From contig NC_006576.1 in NCBI RefSeq assembly GCF_000010065.1, positions 1,620,001 through 1,652,000 on the forward strand: a DNA stretch of 32,000 bases, read 5' to 3'. Position 1 is the first letter of the stretch; each line of letters starts with the position of its first letter. Made by a program: the position numbers and the translations under genes. Source of the stretch: Synechococcus elongatus PCC 6301. GTDB lineage: Bacteria > Cyanobacteriota > Cyanobacteriia > Synechococcales > Synechococcaceae. Positions 25,393-32,000 of this stretch are shown here, in pieces. The notes beneath the pieces were generated by a model, which worked only from the letters and a program-made list of their open reading frames with translations, had not been told where the DNA came from and ran no database searches.

Positions 25393-25920
25393 ATGAGACG
25401 TCTGGATCTGTCGCAGCGGCGTAAACCAAGGGGGATTCCTCGCCGCCTGCGATCGCTTAACTACTGGGCCGATCGCTTTGTCACCCTGCCGCTACCGACT
25501 CCTGAGGATTGTGGCGACAGTGGTTTTTGGAACTGGAAGTTGCCGGTAATCGGCTCCCTAGCCAATCACCCCAGCCCCCGCTTGCGATCGCAATGCTTGC
25601 AAGCCTTAATTCGGGCTGCCGACAACTTGGCCCAGCAAACCCAAGCGGCTGAAGCAGACTGTTATGTTGCCTGTCTGATTGAGTTGCCCTACCTCTTCGG
25701 GAGTGAAGTGACGCTGTTCTATAGCCGCAGCTACTATCGCAGTTTCTATGGCGATCGTCATGCCCTCGCACCGCGATCGCTGGCACAGGAATACGGTCTG
25801 CAAATTCCGGCTGGCTGGGTTGAGCGTGGCTTTGATGTGACGCAACCAGAACAGCGAGGGCCGGTTGAATGGTGGGTGGTTGGTCAACTGCTTGAAAGCG
25901 ATAAGTCAGCCAAATCATGA
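25393..25920 (+). CDS. Hypothetical protein
   Basis: 175-aa ORF starting 18 nt after the ubiD stop, with genome-typical GC and HIP1 content. I recognise no family. Confidence 0.55.
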   Translation: MRRLDLSQRRKPRGIPRRLRSLNYWADRFVTLPLPTPEDCGDSGFWNWKLPVIGSLANHPSPRLRSQCLQALIRAADNLAQQTQAAEADCYVACLIELPYLFGSEVTLFYSRSYYRSFYGDRHALAPRSLAQEYGLQIPAGWVERGFDVTQPEQRGPVEWWVVGQLLESDKSAKS

Positions 25921-25993
25921 CCAAGGCTCTAAAGCTGTCGAGCCATAAAACTGCCGCTATCTAAGGCTGCTGTTATCTATTTCAGAATAGATA

Positions 25994-26431
25994 TCACTCA
26001 AAAATGACCATATTGAGAGTATCTAATGGAGCTGAGAAAATATAGTAGATCACGCCAATCCCCAGAATTAAGATCGTAATACTTGAGAGGATTACCCAGC
26101 GATCGGGTGGGTTATAGGTGTCAAGCTCAATGTCATTTCTGACACCAAAGTAATGTTGGGTCGATAGCAAAACCATCAGCAAGCCAACAATGGAAAAAGC
26201 CAAACCTAGCTTCCAAGCGTTGCCTGGTGCTTGGGGGGCAATCGGAGGCCGCAAAATCCTGAGGCGGACAATGAGAACGCCAAAACCCATTAAAGCGATG
26301 GCACTTCGCATCCAAGCGAGATAGGTGCGTTCATTGGCAAGATGATCGCGAATCCGGTTGAGATTCTGAGGCCGAGTCGGAGACTCACTCACCTTGTCTT
26401 GATTGGTCTCTTTGGAAGAAGAGGAAATCAT
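25994..26431 (-). CDS. DUF202/YidH-family small membrane protein
   Basis: LANERTYLAWMRSAIALMGFGVLI signature followed by two further TM helices; 145 aa. Confidence 0.75.
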   Translation of the reverse strand: MISSSSKETNQDKVSESPTRPQNLNRIRDHLANERTYLAWMRSAIALMGFGVLIVRLRILRPPIAPQAPGNAWKLGLAFSIVGLLMVLLSTQHYFGVRNDIELDTYNPPDRWVILSSITILILGIGVIYYIFSAPLDTLNMVIFE

Positions 26432-26559
26432 AGAAGGCTCGATATCAATAGGAGACTAAAGCCAAATCAACTATCTGCCAGCAAAAGCGCCAGATTTATT
26501 TTCTAGAATACTTTTGAGCGATGGATCTGATGGAGAATCTTGCTATTTTTCTCGTCTAT

Positions 26560-26581
26560 GTTACTGGAACAAACCAGTAAC
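26560..26581. promoter_or_regulatory. Perfect inverted repeat GTTACTGG-N6-CCAGTAAC, candidate operator of the adjacent Rrf2 regulator
   Basis: GTTACTGG (26560-26567) and CCAGTAAC (26574-26581) are exact reverse complements. The repeat ends 52 nt upstream of the Rrf2 ATG, in the divergent intergenic region. Confidence 0.4.
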
Positions 26582-26632
26582 TTCTCAATCAGGATGGTTT
26601 CAGTCAATGGGCATGAGTCAGCTGCAAAAGAG

Positions 26633-27073
26633 ATGAAATTAACCGTCCGTGCCCACTACAGTCTCAAGGCGCTGATTGACCTCTGTCTGCAACCAGAAGA
26701 TGAACCAGTGTCGATGCGGGCGATCGCCCAGCGCCAAAATATTTCGCCGACGCTACTGGAAAAATTACTGGTGGAACTGTGCAAGGCAGGTCTAGTGACC
26801 GCGACCAAAGGACGGCGCGGCGGCTATCAACTGGCTCGACCAGCCGCCAAAATTTCGCTGGCCGATATTCTGGCGGCAGTCGGGGAATTAAGCGATCGCG
26901 ATCGCCAACCCCTTGCTCCCGAAGAAGCGGCGGATTGGGTTTCGCGAGCGATTTGGCAGCGTTTGGATGCGCAATGGCAGGCAACTTTGCGACAAGTCAG
27001 CCTTGCGGATTTGTATTACGACGCCCGTAGTTGGCAGGCTGCCCAAGGTAATGAGATCGAGATTGTGATTTAG
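26633..27073 (+). CDS. Rrf2-family transcriptional regulator (no Fe-S cluster cysteine triad)
   Basis: MKLTVRAHYSLKALIDLCL...MRAIAQRQNISPTLLEKLLVELCKAGLVTATKGRRGGYQLAR is the canonical Rrf2 winged-helix N-terminus. ATG 26633 is preferred; the track start at 26540 would place the inverted repeat in the coding region. Confidence 0.85.
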   Translation: MKLTVRAHYSLKALIDLCLQPEDEPVSMRAIAQRQNISPTLLEKLLVELCKAGLVTATKGRRGGYQLARPAAKISLADILAAVGELSDRDRQPLAPEEAADWVSRAIWQRLDAQWQATLRQVSLADLYYDARSWQAAQGNEIEIVI

Positions 27074-27080
27074 GCGATCG

Positions 27081-27845
27081 CTACCAAGGAATTGGGCTGC
27101 CATCCCAAGCAAAGAACTGGCCGCTGTCTGCTGCAGTCAAGCCACTGATCACAGCCAACAGCTGACGCACAGTGCGATCGGGACTGAACAGTTTTTCAGG
27201 CGGAACGTTCGCTTGAAAGGGAGCTGAAAGATCGGTGGCGGTGGTGCCTGGATGGAGTGCAACCACGATCGCGTTTGGATGCCGCCGCTGCCATTCCAAT
27301 GCCAAGGTGCGCGTCAGCATATTCAGCGCCGACTTCGAAGCGCGATAGCTATACCAGCCACCTAGTTGGTTATCGCCAATGCTGCCGACTCGCGCCGAAA
27401 TATTGGCCAAAACCGCTGGTTCTTTGTGCTTAAACAGCGGTTCCAAGGCTTGCACCATCAAGATTGGGCCAAAAGTATTGGTCGTAAAAGTCTGCAGCAA
27501 CAACTCACGACTGACTTGCGCTAACCGTTTTTCCGGCGCTAGACCGTTGCCATGCAAAAAGCCTGAGGCATTTACCAGCAAATCCAGTCGCGGCACGATC
27601 GCTGCTGCCTTCTCTGCTGCTGCCGCGATCGCCTGATCATCTGCGAGATTAAGGGGAATCAGTTGGAGGCGATCGCCGTACTGCTGCCGTAGGGCTTGCA
27701 GGCCCGAACTCTCGGCAGGCTGACGGCTGCTCGCCAAGACGCATTCAACCTGTGGTTGCGCCAGCAAATTCTCGACAAACGCGAGACCAATGCCCCGACT
27801 CGCTCCTTGAATAAAGGCAAATCGGGGTTGAAAAGCAGCTGTCAT
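27081..27845 (-). CDS. Short-chain dehydrogenase/reductase (SDR)
   Basis: Cofactor motif GASRGIG, NASG, and the catalytic YRASKSALN. Confidence 0.88.
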   Translation of the reverse strand: MTAAFQPRFAFIQGASRGIGLAFVENLLAQPQVECVLASSRQPAESSGLQALRQQYGDRLQLIPLNLADDQAIAAAAEKAAAIVPRLDLLVNASGFLHGNGLAPEKRLAQVSRELLLQTFTTNTFGPILMVQALEPLFKHKEPAVLANISARVGSIGDNQLGGWYSYRASKSALNMLTRTLALEWQRRHPNAIVVALHPGTTATDLSAPFQANVPPEKLFSPDRTVRQLLAVISGLTAADSGQFFAWDGSPIPW

Positions 27846-27854
27846 CGTTGGGGG

Positions 27855-28487
27855 CTAAGAGAGCAGTTCCAGATCGCTGAAGCGGAAACTGATCGTTCCT
27901 GAATCTGATCGAATCGTGCGAGCGCTCAGCAGTTGGTAACCGCCGACGGTGATGTATTCGTCTTCAAATTCGCTGCGATCGCCTTTTTGTTCGCCCGTCG
28001 TCGGGTCGTGGTAGACCGAGTCGTAGCGGTGCGAGAGGTAGCCCTCGGCGCTTTTGTGGGTGCTGAAGGTGTTGATCGTCACGACTACGCCGTGAATGTG
28101 GCGGTGCACCAGCACGACTTCGTTATCGCGCACTTTGTAGCGATCGCCAGCAGACTTGCCGTTGACCAAAATTTCAACAGTGCCGTCGTTATCGCTGTTG
28201 CCGAATTCAAACTCGTTTTTGCCGTGGGTGTCTTCAAAGCCCCGACGGACGCGGTGAATCGCCACTTCAAACAACTGACCGTGGATCAGTTTGACCACTT
28301 CCGGCTCCTCAATGCCGGAGATGCTGGGCTTGAGGTCAGCACTGACTTCCACTGCACCTTGCCAGGACTGGTTGCCATCGCTGTAGGTGACGTTGGCGCG
28401 ATAGCCGGGGAAATTGGCATCCCAGGTGTAGCGGTTTTCGTAGGCGGCGCGGAACAGTTCCCGTGCCGAAAGCTGAGCAGCGACCAT
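27855..28487 (-). CDS. Conserved hypothetical protein (possibly the DUF3386 family of cyanobacteria and plants)
   Basis: 210-aa ORF with normal codon usage, 9 nt upstream of the SDR gene. The family name is from memory only. Confidence 0.62.
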   Translation of the reverse strand: MVAAQLSARELFRAAYENRYTWDANFPGYRANVTYSDGNQSWQGAVEVSADLKPSISGIEEPEVVKLIHGQLFEVAIHRVRRGFEDTHGKNEFEFGNSDNDGTVEILVNGKSAGDRYKVRDNEVVLVHRHIHGVVVTINTFSTHKSAEGYLSHRYDSVYHDPTTGEQKGDRSEFEDEYITVGGYQLLSARTIRSDSGTISFRFSDLELLS

Positions 28488-28574
28488 GTCAACGCCTCTA
28501 AAATGATGCGATCGAAACTCTTCCTAGCGTAGCGATCGCCGGTTGTGATGCGTGAGACGATCGCAGACTACCGA

Positions 28575-29396
28575 TCAGAATGCTTGCAGCGGTTTGATCT
28601 GCAACAGCGTTTCACTCAGCTCAGCGTGAATCTGACCGTTCGTAGCCAAAATCCGACCACTGGAAATGTCAAACGGACTGCGATCGTAGGCAGTAACGAG
28701 TCCGCCCGCTTCCTGAACGAGCACCACACCAGCGGCCAGATCCCAAGGCGAAAGTCCGCGTTCCCAATAGCCATCCAAGCGCCCGCAGGCCACATAGGAC
28801 AAATCTAAGGCTGCTGATCCGCCCCGTCGTACCCCTTGGGTGACATGGGTCAAGCGACAGAACTCGGCGTAGTTGTTGTCCTCAACCTCGCAGCGATCGT
28901 AGGCAAAGCCTGTCACTAAGAGGGATTTCGCCAATTTTTCTGTTTTAGAAACCCGGATTGGTTGGCGATTCAGGGTTGCTCCCAGTCCTTGAGCAGCGCG
29001 GAACAATTCCTTGAGGTAAGGCGCATAGAAGACGCCAACGATTGGCTGATTTTGATAGAGCAGCGCGATCGAAGTTCCACAAAAGGGATAGCCGTGGGCG
29101 TAATTGGTGGTGCCATCCAGTGGATCGACGGCCCAAGAGAATTCCTGCTGGCGATCGCCGCTCCAGCCCGATTCTTCAGCAAGGACGGCATGGTCAGGGC
29201 AGTGACGTTCCAAAACGCTGAGAACCGCTGCCTCCGCTGCGCGATCGGCTTCTGTCAGCAGATCACCGGGACGTCCTTTCTCTTCGATCTGGGTTAACCG
29301 CCCCCAAAAGCGATCGAGTTCAGCCCCTGCTGCCAAGGCCGCTTCTGTCGCCACATCCAACCAGATTTGGAGCAGGCGATCGCTAATTGCTGTCAC
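28575..29396 (-). CDS. Inositol monophosphatase family protein (SuhB/IMPase-like)
   Basis: Metal-binding motifs EE....W.VDPLDGTTNY (AEESGW..WAVDPLDGTTNYAHG) and the WD.AAG motif (SPWDLAAGVVLV). Confidence 0.9.
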   Translation of the reverse strand: MTAISDRLLQIWLDVATEAALAAGAELDRFWGRLTQIEEKGRPGDLLTEADRAAEAAVLSVLERHCPDHAVLAEESGWSGDRQQEFSWAVDPLDGTTNYAHGYPFCGTSIALLYQNQPIVGVFYAPYLKELFRAAQGLGATLNRQPIRVSKTEKLAKSLLVTGFAYDRCEVEDNNYAEFCRLTHVTQGVRRGGSAALDLSYVACGRLDGYWERGLSPWDLAAGVVLVQEAGGLVTAYDRSPFDISSGRILATNGQIHAELSETLLQIKPLQAF

Positions 29397-29399
29397 GGC

Positions 29400-29768
29400 T
29401 TATTCCTCGTCCAAGGGCAGGCCAAAGCTGACTTTTCCTTGGCCAAAATAGCGACCAAACTGCAGCATGTAGACTTCGTCTTCGTCTTGGGTCTCCACAA
29501 TCACATCCGATCGCGGATAGCTAACGCAGAGCAGGGCATAACCGCGCTGGCGTAGCGGAGCTGAGAGTCCCATGGCCTCGGTTTGCTCGATCGCGCCGCC
29601 GAGAACGCGCACTGCACAGGCTGTGCAAGCCCCATTGCGGCAGGAGAACGGTAACTCATAACCTTGCTCTTCGGCGGTTTGCAGGATGTAGCGATCGGGC
29701 GGAACCTGCACCGTAAACTCCTCATCGGTACGGCGATCGCGAATGCGGACGGTGTAAGTGTCGCTCAT
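29400..29768 (-). CDS. Plant-type [2Fe-2S] ferredoxin with C-terminal extension (FdC2/Fed2-like)
   Basis: Cluster ligands CRNGACTAC...C (LLCVSYP). At 122 aa it is about 25 residues longer than PetF-type ferredoxins. Confidence 0.9.
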   Translation of the reverse strand: MSDTYTVRIRDRRTDEEFTVQVPPDRYILQTAEEQGYELPFSCRNGACTACAVRVLGGAIEQTEAMGLSAPLRQRGYALLCVSYPRSDVIVETQDEDEVYMLQFGRYFGQGKVSFGLPLDEE

Positions 29769-29861
29769 GCGGGGTTCCCGGCAGCCAACTGCTGTTTTGA
29801 CCGAAGTTCTCTGCTACGATATCAAGTCTGTGCGAGACAACTAAATAGTTCTTGCCCCCAT

Positions 29862-29948
29862 GGAGAGATGGCCGAGCGGTTGAAGGCGCAGCACTGGAAA
29901 TGCTGTTTAGGGGTAACTCTAACGAGGGTTCGAATCCCTCTCTCTCCG
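29862..29948 (+). tRNA. tRNA-Ser (anticodon GGA)
   Basis: GGAGAGA-TG-GCCG-AGCGGTTGA-AGGC-G-CAGCA-CTGGAAA-TGCTG, an 18-nt variable arm, GAGGG-TTCGAAT-CCCTC, TCTCTCC-G. A class II tRNA of 87 nt with no encoded CCA. Confidence 0.95.
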
Positions 29949-30076
29949 TTTTAATTTCCCGCATAACTTCCCTTGATGCCGTCAGTTATCAAGGAGCGAA
30001 GGGCTGCAAGCTAGAATGGGTCAGCCATTTTCGGCCACTGGTTGAAAGGCGTGCCCCCACCCTAGTTTGAGACAGC

Positions 30077-32000
30077 ATGGGACGAGTCGTAGGCATTGAC
30101 CTCGGAACGACGAACTCCGTTATTGCCGTGATGGAAGGCGGCAAGCCGATGGTGATCGCCAACGCTGAGGGCGTTCGAACAACGCCATCCGTCGTCGGTG
30201 TTAGCAAAACTGGCGAGCGATTGGTGGGCGAGTTGGCCCGCCGCCAGTTGGTGCTCAATCCGCGTAATACTTTTGCCAACATCAAACGCTTTATCGGCCG
30301 TCGCTACGATGAGCTGACCGACGAATCGAAGCGGGTGCCCTACACGGTGCGCCGCGATCCTGAGGGCAATGTGCGAATTGTTTGCCCCCAGCTCAGCCGC
30401 GAGTTCGCGCCGGAAGAAGTAGCGGCGATGATTCTGCGCAAGCTGGCGGAAGAAGCCAGTCGCTATTTGGGTGAGCCAGTTACCGGTGCGGTGATTACGG
30501 TTCCGGCCTATTTCAATGACTCCCAGCGCCAAGCCACACGGGATGCCGGTCGGATTGCTGGCCTGGAAGTCAAACGGATTTTGAATGAGCCAACGGCGGC
30601 TTCGTTAGCCTATGGCCTCGATCGCCGTGATAACCAAACAATTTTGGTCTTTGACTTGGGTGGCGGCACCTTTGATGTTTCGGTGCTAGAGGTCGGCAAC
30701 GGTGTCTTCGAAGTCAAAGCCACTAGTGGCGATACCCAGCTGGGTGGTAATGACTTCGATCGCCGCATTGTCGACTGGCTGGCGGAACAGTTCCTCGAAG
30801 CGGAAGGCATTGACCTGCGCCGCGATCGCCAAGCCCTGCAGCGTCTGATTGAGGCGGCAGAGAAAGCCAAGATCGAGCTATCGGGCGTCAGCGTCACCGA
30901 TATCAATCTGCCGTTCATCACGGCTACGGAAGATGAACCGAAGCACTTAGAAACGCGACTGACGCGATCGGAATTTGAAGCGCTCTGCGAAGACTTGCTG
31001 GAGCGGATGATGCGGCCGTTGCGTCGAGCCTTGAAAGATGCTCGCTTGCAACCCCAAGACATTGATGAAGTCGTGCTGGTGGGCGGCTCAACCCGCATGC
31101 CGATGGTGCAGCAGTTGGTGCGATCGCTGATTGGTCGTGAACCAAACCAGAACGTCAATCCCGATGAAGTTGTCGCGATCGGGGCAGCGATTCAAGCCGG
31201 TATTCTGGCGGGCGAAGTCAAGGACATTCTCTTGCTGGATGTGACGCCGCTATCGCTGGGGCTGGAGACGATCGGCGGCGTGATGAAAAAGCTGATCCCG
31301 CGTAATACGGCCATTCCCGTGCGGCGATCGGATATTTTCTCCACGGCTGAAAACAATCAGACGATGGTCGAAATCCATATCTTGCAGGGTGAACGTCAGC
31401 TAGCGGAGGGGAATAAGTCTCTGGGGCGTTTCAAACTAACGGGCATTCCACCCGCTCCGCGTGGGGTGCCGCAGGTACAGGTGTCGTTTGATATCGACGC
31501 CAATGGCATTCTCCAAGTCTCGGCGCTGGATAAGACAACTGGACGGGAGCAAACGGTCACGATTCAAGGGGCATCGACGCTGTCTCAGGAAGAAGTGAAG
31601 CGGATGATGAAGGATGCCGAACTCTATGCCCAGCAAGATCGGCAACTGAAAGCGCGGATTGAGAAGCGGAATCGTGCCCAAACCCTGATCGCTCAATCAG
31701 AGCGTCGCCTGCGGGAAATTTCCCTCGACTTTGGCCTCTACTTTGCGGAATCGAAGCGCCGCCGCATTGAAAGCACGATTCGCGAGTTGAAGGACTACCT
31801 TGAACGCCAAGACGATCGCGGTTTGGATTTAGCCCTAGCGGAATTGCAGGACGCGCTGTTCGACCTCAATCAAGAGACAGCAGCGCGGCTGCGCGATGAA
31901 GAAGGCGAAGGCTTCTTTGAACCGCTCAAGCAGACCTTTGCCAGCCTCCGAGGGGATGGCAATCGCGACTTTGAGCGTAGTTGGGACGATCGCGGTGGCG
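30077..32000 (+). CDS. dnaK: Hsp70 chaperone DnaK paralog (DnaK3-like), 3' end beyond the window
   Basis: Hand translation from ATG 30077: [24 protein letters not shown]...[20 protein letters not shown]...[17 protein letters not shown]...[13 protein letters not shown]...[11 protein letters not shown]. The frame is still open after 641 codons at the window end. It is absent from the ORF track because it is truncated. Confidence 0.95.
   Translation, partial: MGRVVGIDLGTTNSVIAVMEGGKPMVIANAEGVRTTPSVVGVSKTGERLVGELARRQLVLNPRNTFANIKRFIGRRYDELTDESKRVPYTVRRDPEGNVRIVCPQLSREFAPEEVAAMILRKLAEEASRYLGEPVTGAVITVPAYFNDSQRQATRDAGRIAGLEVKRILNEPTAASLAYGLDRRDNQTILVFDLGGGTFDVSVLEVGNGVFEVKATSGDTQLGGNDFDRRIVDWLAEQFLEAEGIDLRRDRQALQRLIEAAEKAKIELSGVSVTDINLPFITATEDEPKHLETRLTRSEFEALCEDLLERMMRPLRRALKDARLQPQDIDEVVLVGGSTRMPMVQQLVRSLIGREPNQNVNPDEVVAIGAAIQAGILAGEVKDILLLDVTPLSLGLETIGGVMKKLIPRNTAIPVRRSDIFSTAENNQTMVEIHILQGERQLAEGNKSLGRFKLTGIPPAPRGVPQVQVSFDIDANGILQVSALDKTTGREQTVTIQGASTLSQEEVKRMMKDAELYAQQDRQLKARIEKRNRAQTLIAQSERRLREISLDFGLYFAESKRRRIESTIRELKDYLERQDDRGLDLALAELQDALFDLNQETAARLRDEEGEGFFEPLKQTFASLRGDGNRDFERSWDDRGG

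Noticed and set aside
25975-25992. ATCTATT-tcag-AATAGAT hairpin between convergent genes
   Set aside because: The 7-bp stem is A/T-only with negligible predicted stability, so I did not call it a terminator.
27933-28532. 199-aa plus-strand ORF (Val/Ala/Asp-rich)
   Set aside because: It is antisense to the 27855-28487 gene, whose product has a balanced composition and sits in operon spacing with the SDR gene. The plus-strand product looks like a low-complexity antisense artefact.
29949-30076. CIRCE (TTAGCACTC-N9-GAGTGCTAA) or another heat-shock operator upstream of dnaK, and alternative hairpins ATAACT/AGTTAT and CCTTGAT/ATCAAGG at about 29964-29995
   Set aside because: No CIRCE-like sequence is present. 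The short overlapping hairpins are most simply a weak terminator for tRNA-Ser and too small to argue for a riboregulator.
30062-31696. Minus-strand ORFs 30062-30532, 30610-31158, 30924-31145 and 31436-31696
   Set aside because: All lie antisense to the unmistakable DnaK reading frame, and their Arg/Ser/Ala-rich compositions are typical of high-GC antisense frames.
1-32000. Defence systems, toxin-antitoxin pairs, CRISPR arrays, IS elements and prophage remnants
   Set aside because: On either strand I found no nuclease/helicase/methylase-type accessory ORFs, no small adjacent TA-like pairs, no transposase or integrase signatures and no spaced repeat arrays. The window reads as conserved core chromosome.

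Overview
The window looks like core chromosome of a HIP1-rich (GCGATCGC) cyanobacterium. Gene content and order suggest the Synechococcus elongatus PCC 7942/6301 lineage, read antiparallel to the published numbering; this rests on memory of synteny and needs BLAST. It opens inside dnaN (minus strand, truncated) and runs straight into the chromosomal replication origin, a cluster of about 11 DnaA boxes at 830-1094. Housekeeping genes follow: a HAD phosphatase, thrC, cbiX, cobA, xthA, thrS, the divergent cytochrome c oxidase cluster ctaCDE/ctaAB, and a MIF-family tautomerase translationally coupled to a GT-B-like protein. Next comes a four-gene minus-strand cluster (TM protein, CorC/CNNM, Gfo/Idh/MocA, CYTH), a tRNA with anticodon CAU, pyrE, and two overlapping minor-pilin genes. 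The rest comprises a ComB-family phosphatase divergent from ubiD, a DUF202 gene, an Rrf2 regulator, a minus-strand cluster (ferredoxin, IMPase, conserved hypothetical, SDR), tRNA-Ser(GGA), and a DnaK paralog running off the window end. I found no transposase, integrase, CRISPR array, prophage or recognisable defence genes, and no convincing brand-new multi-gene system. The best leads are: (1) the origin architecture; (2) a stand-alone protein made of two MshEN/T2SSE_N-like modules, a possible c-di-GMP receptor, at the edge of a low-GC, HIP1-poor segment that also carries ctaCDE; (3) the MIF gene coupled to a homolog of the plant arabinokinase N-terminal domain; (4) the FimT/GspH-like plus PilW-like minor-pilin pair with an AT-rich upstream region; (5) a perfect 8-N6-8 inverted repeat upstream of a cluster-less Rrf2 regulator. 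Most long ORFs in the supplied track that lie antisense to these genes are high-GC artefacts. Several track ORFs carry spurious N-terminal extensions, which I trimmed on family N-terminus logic.
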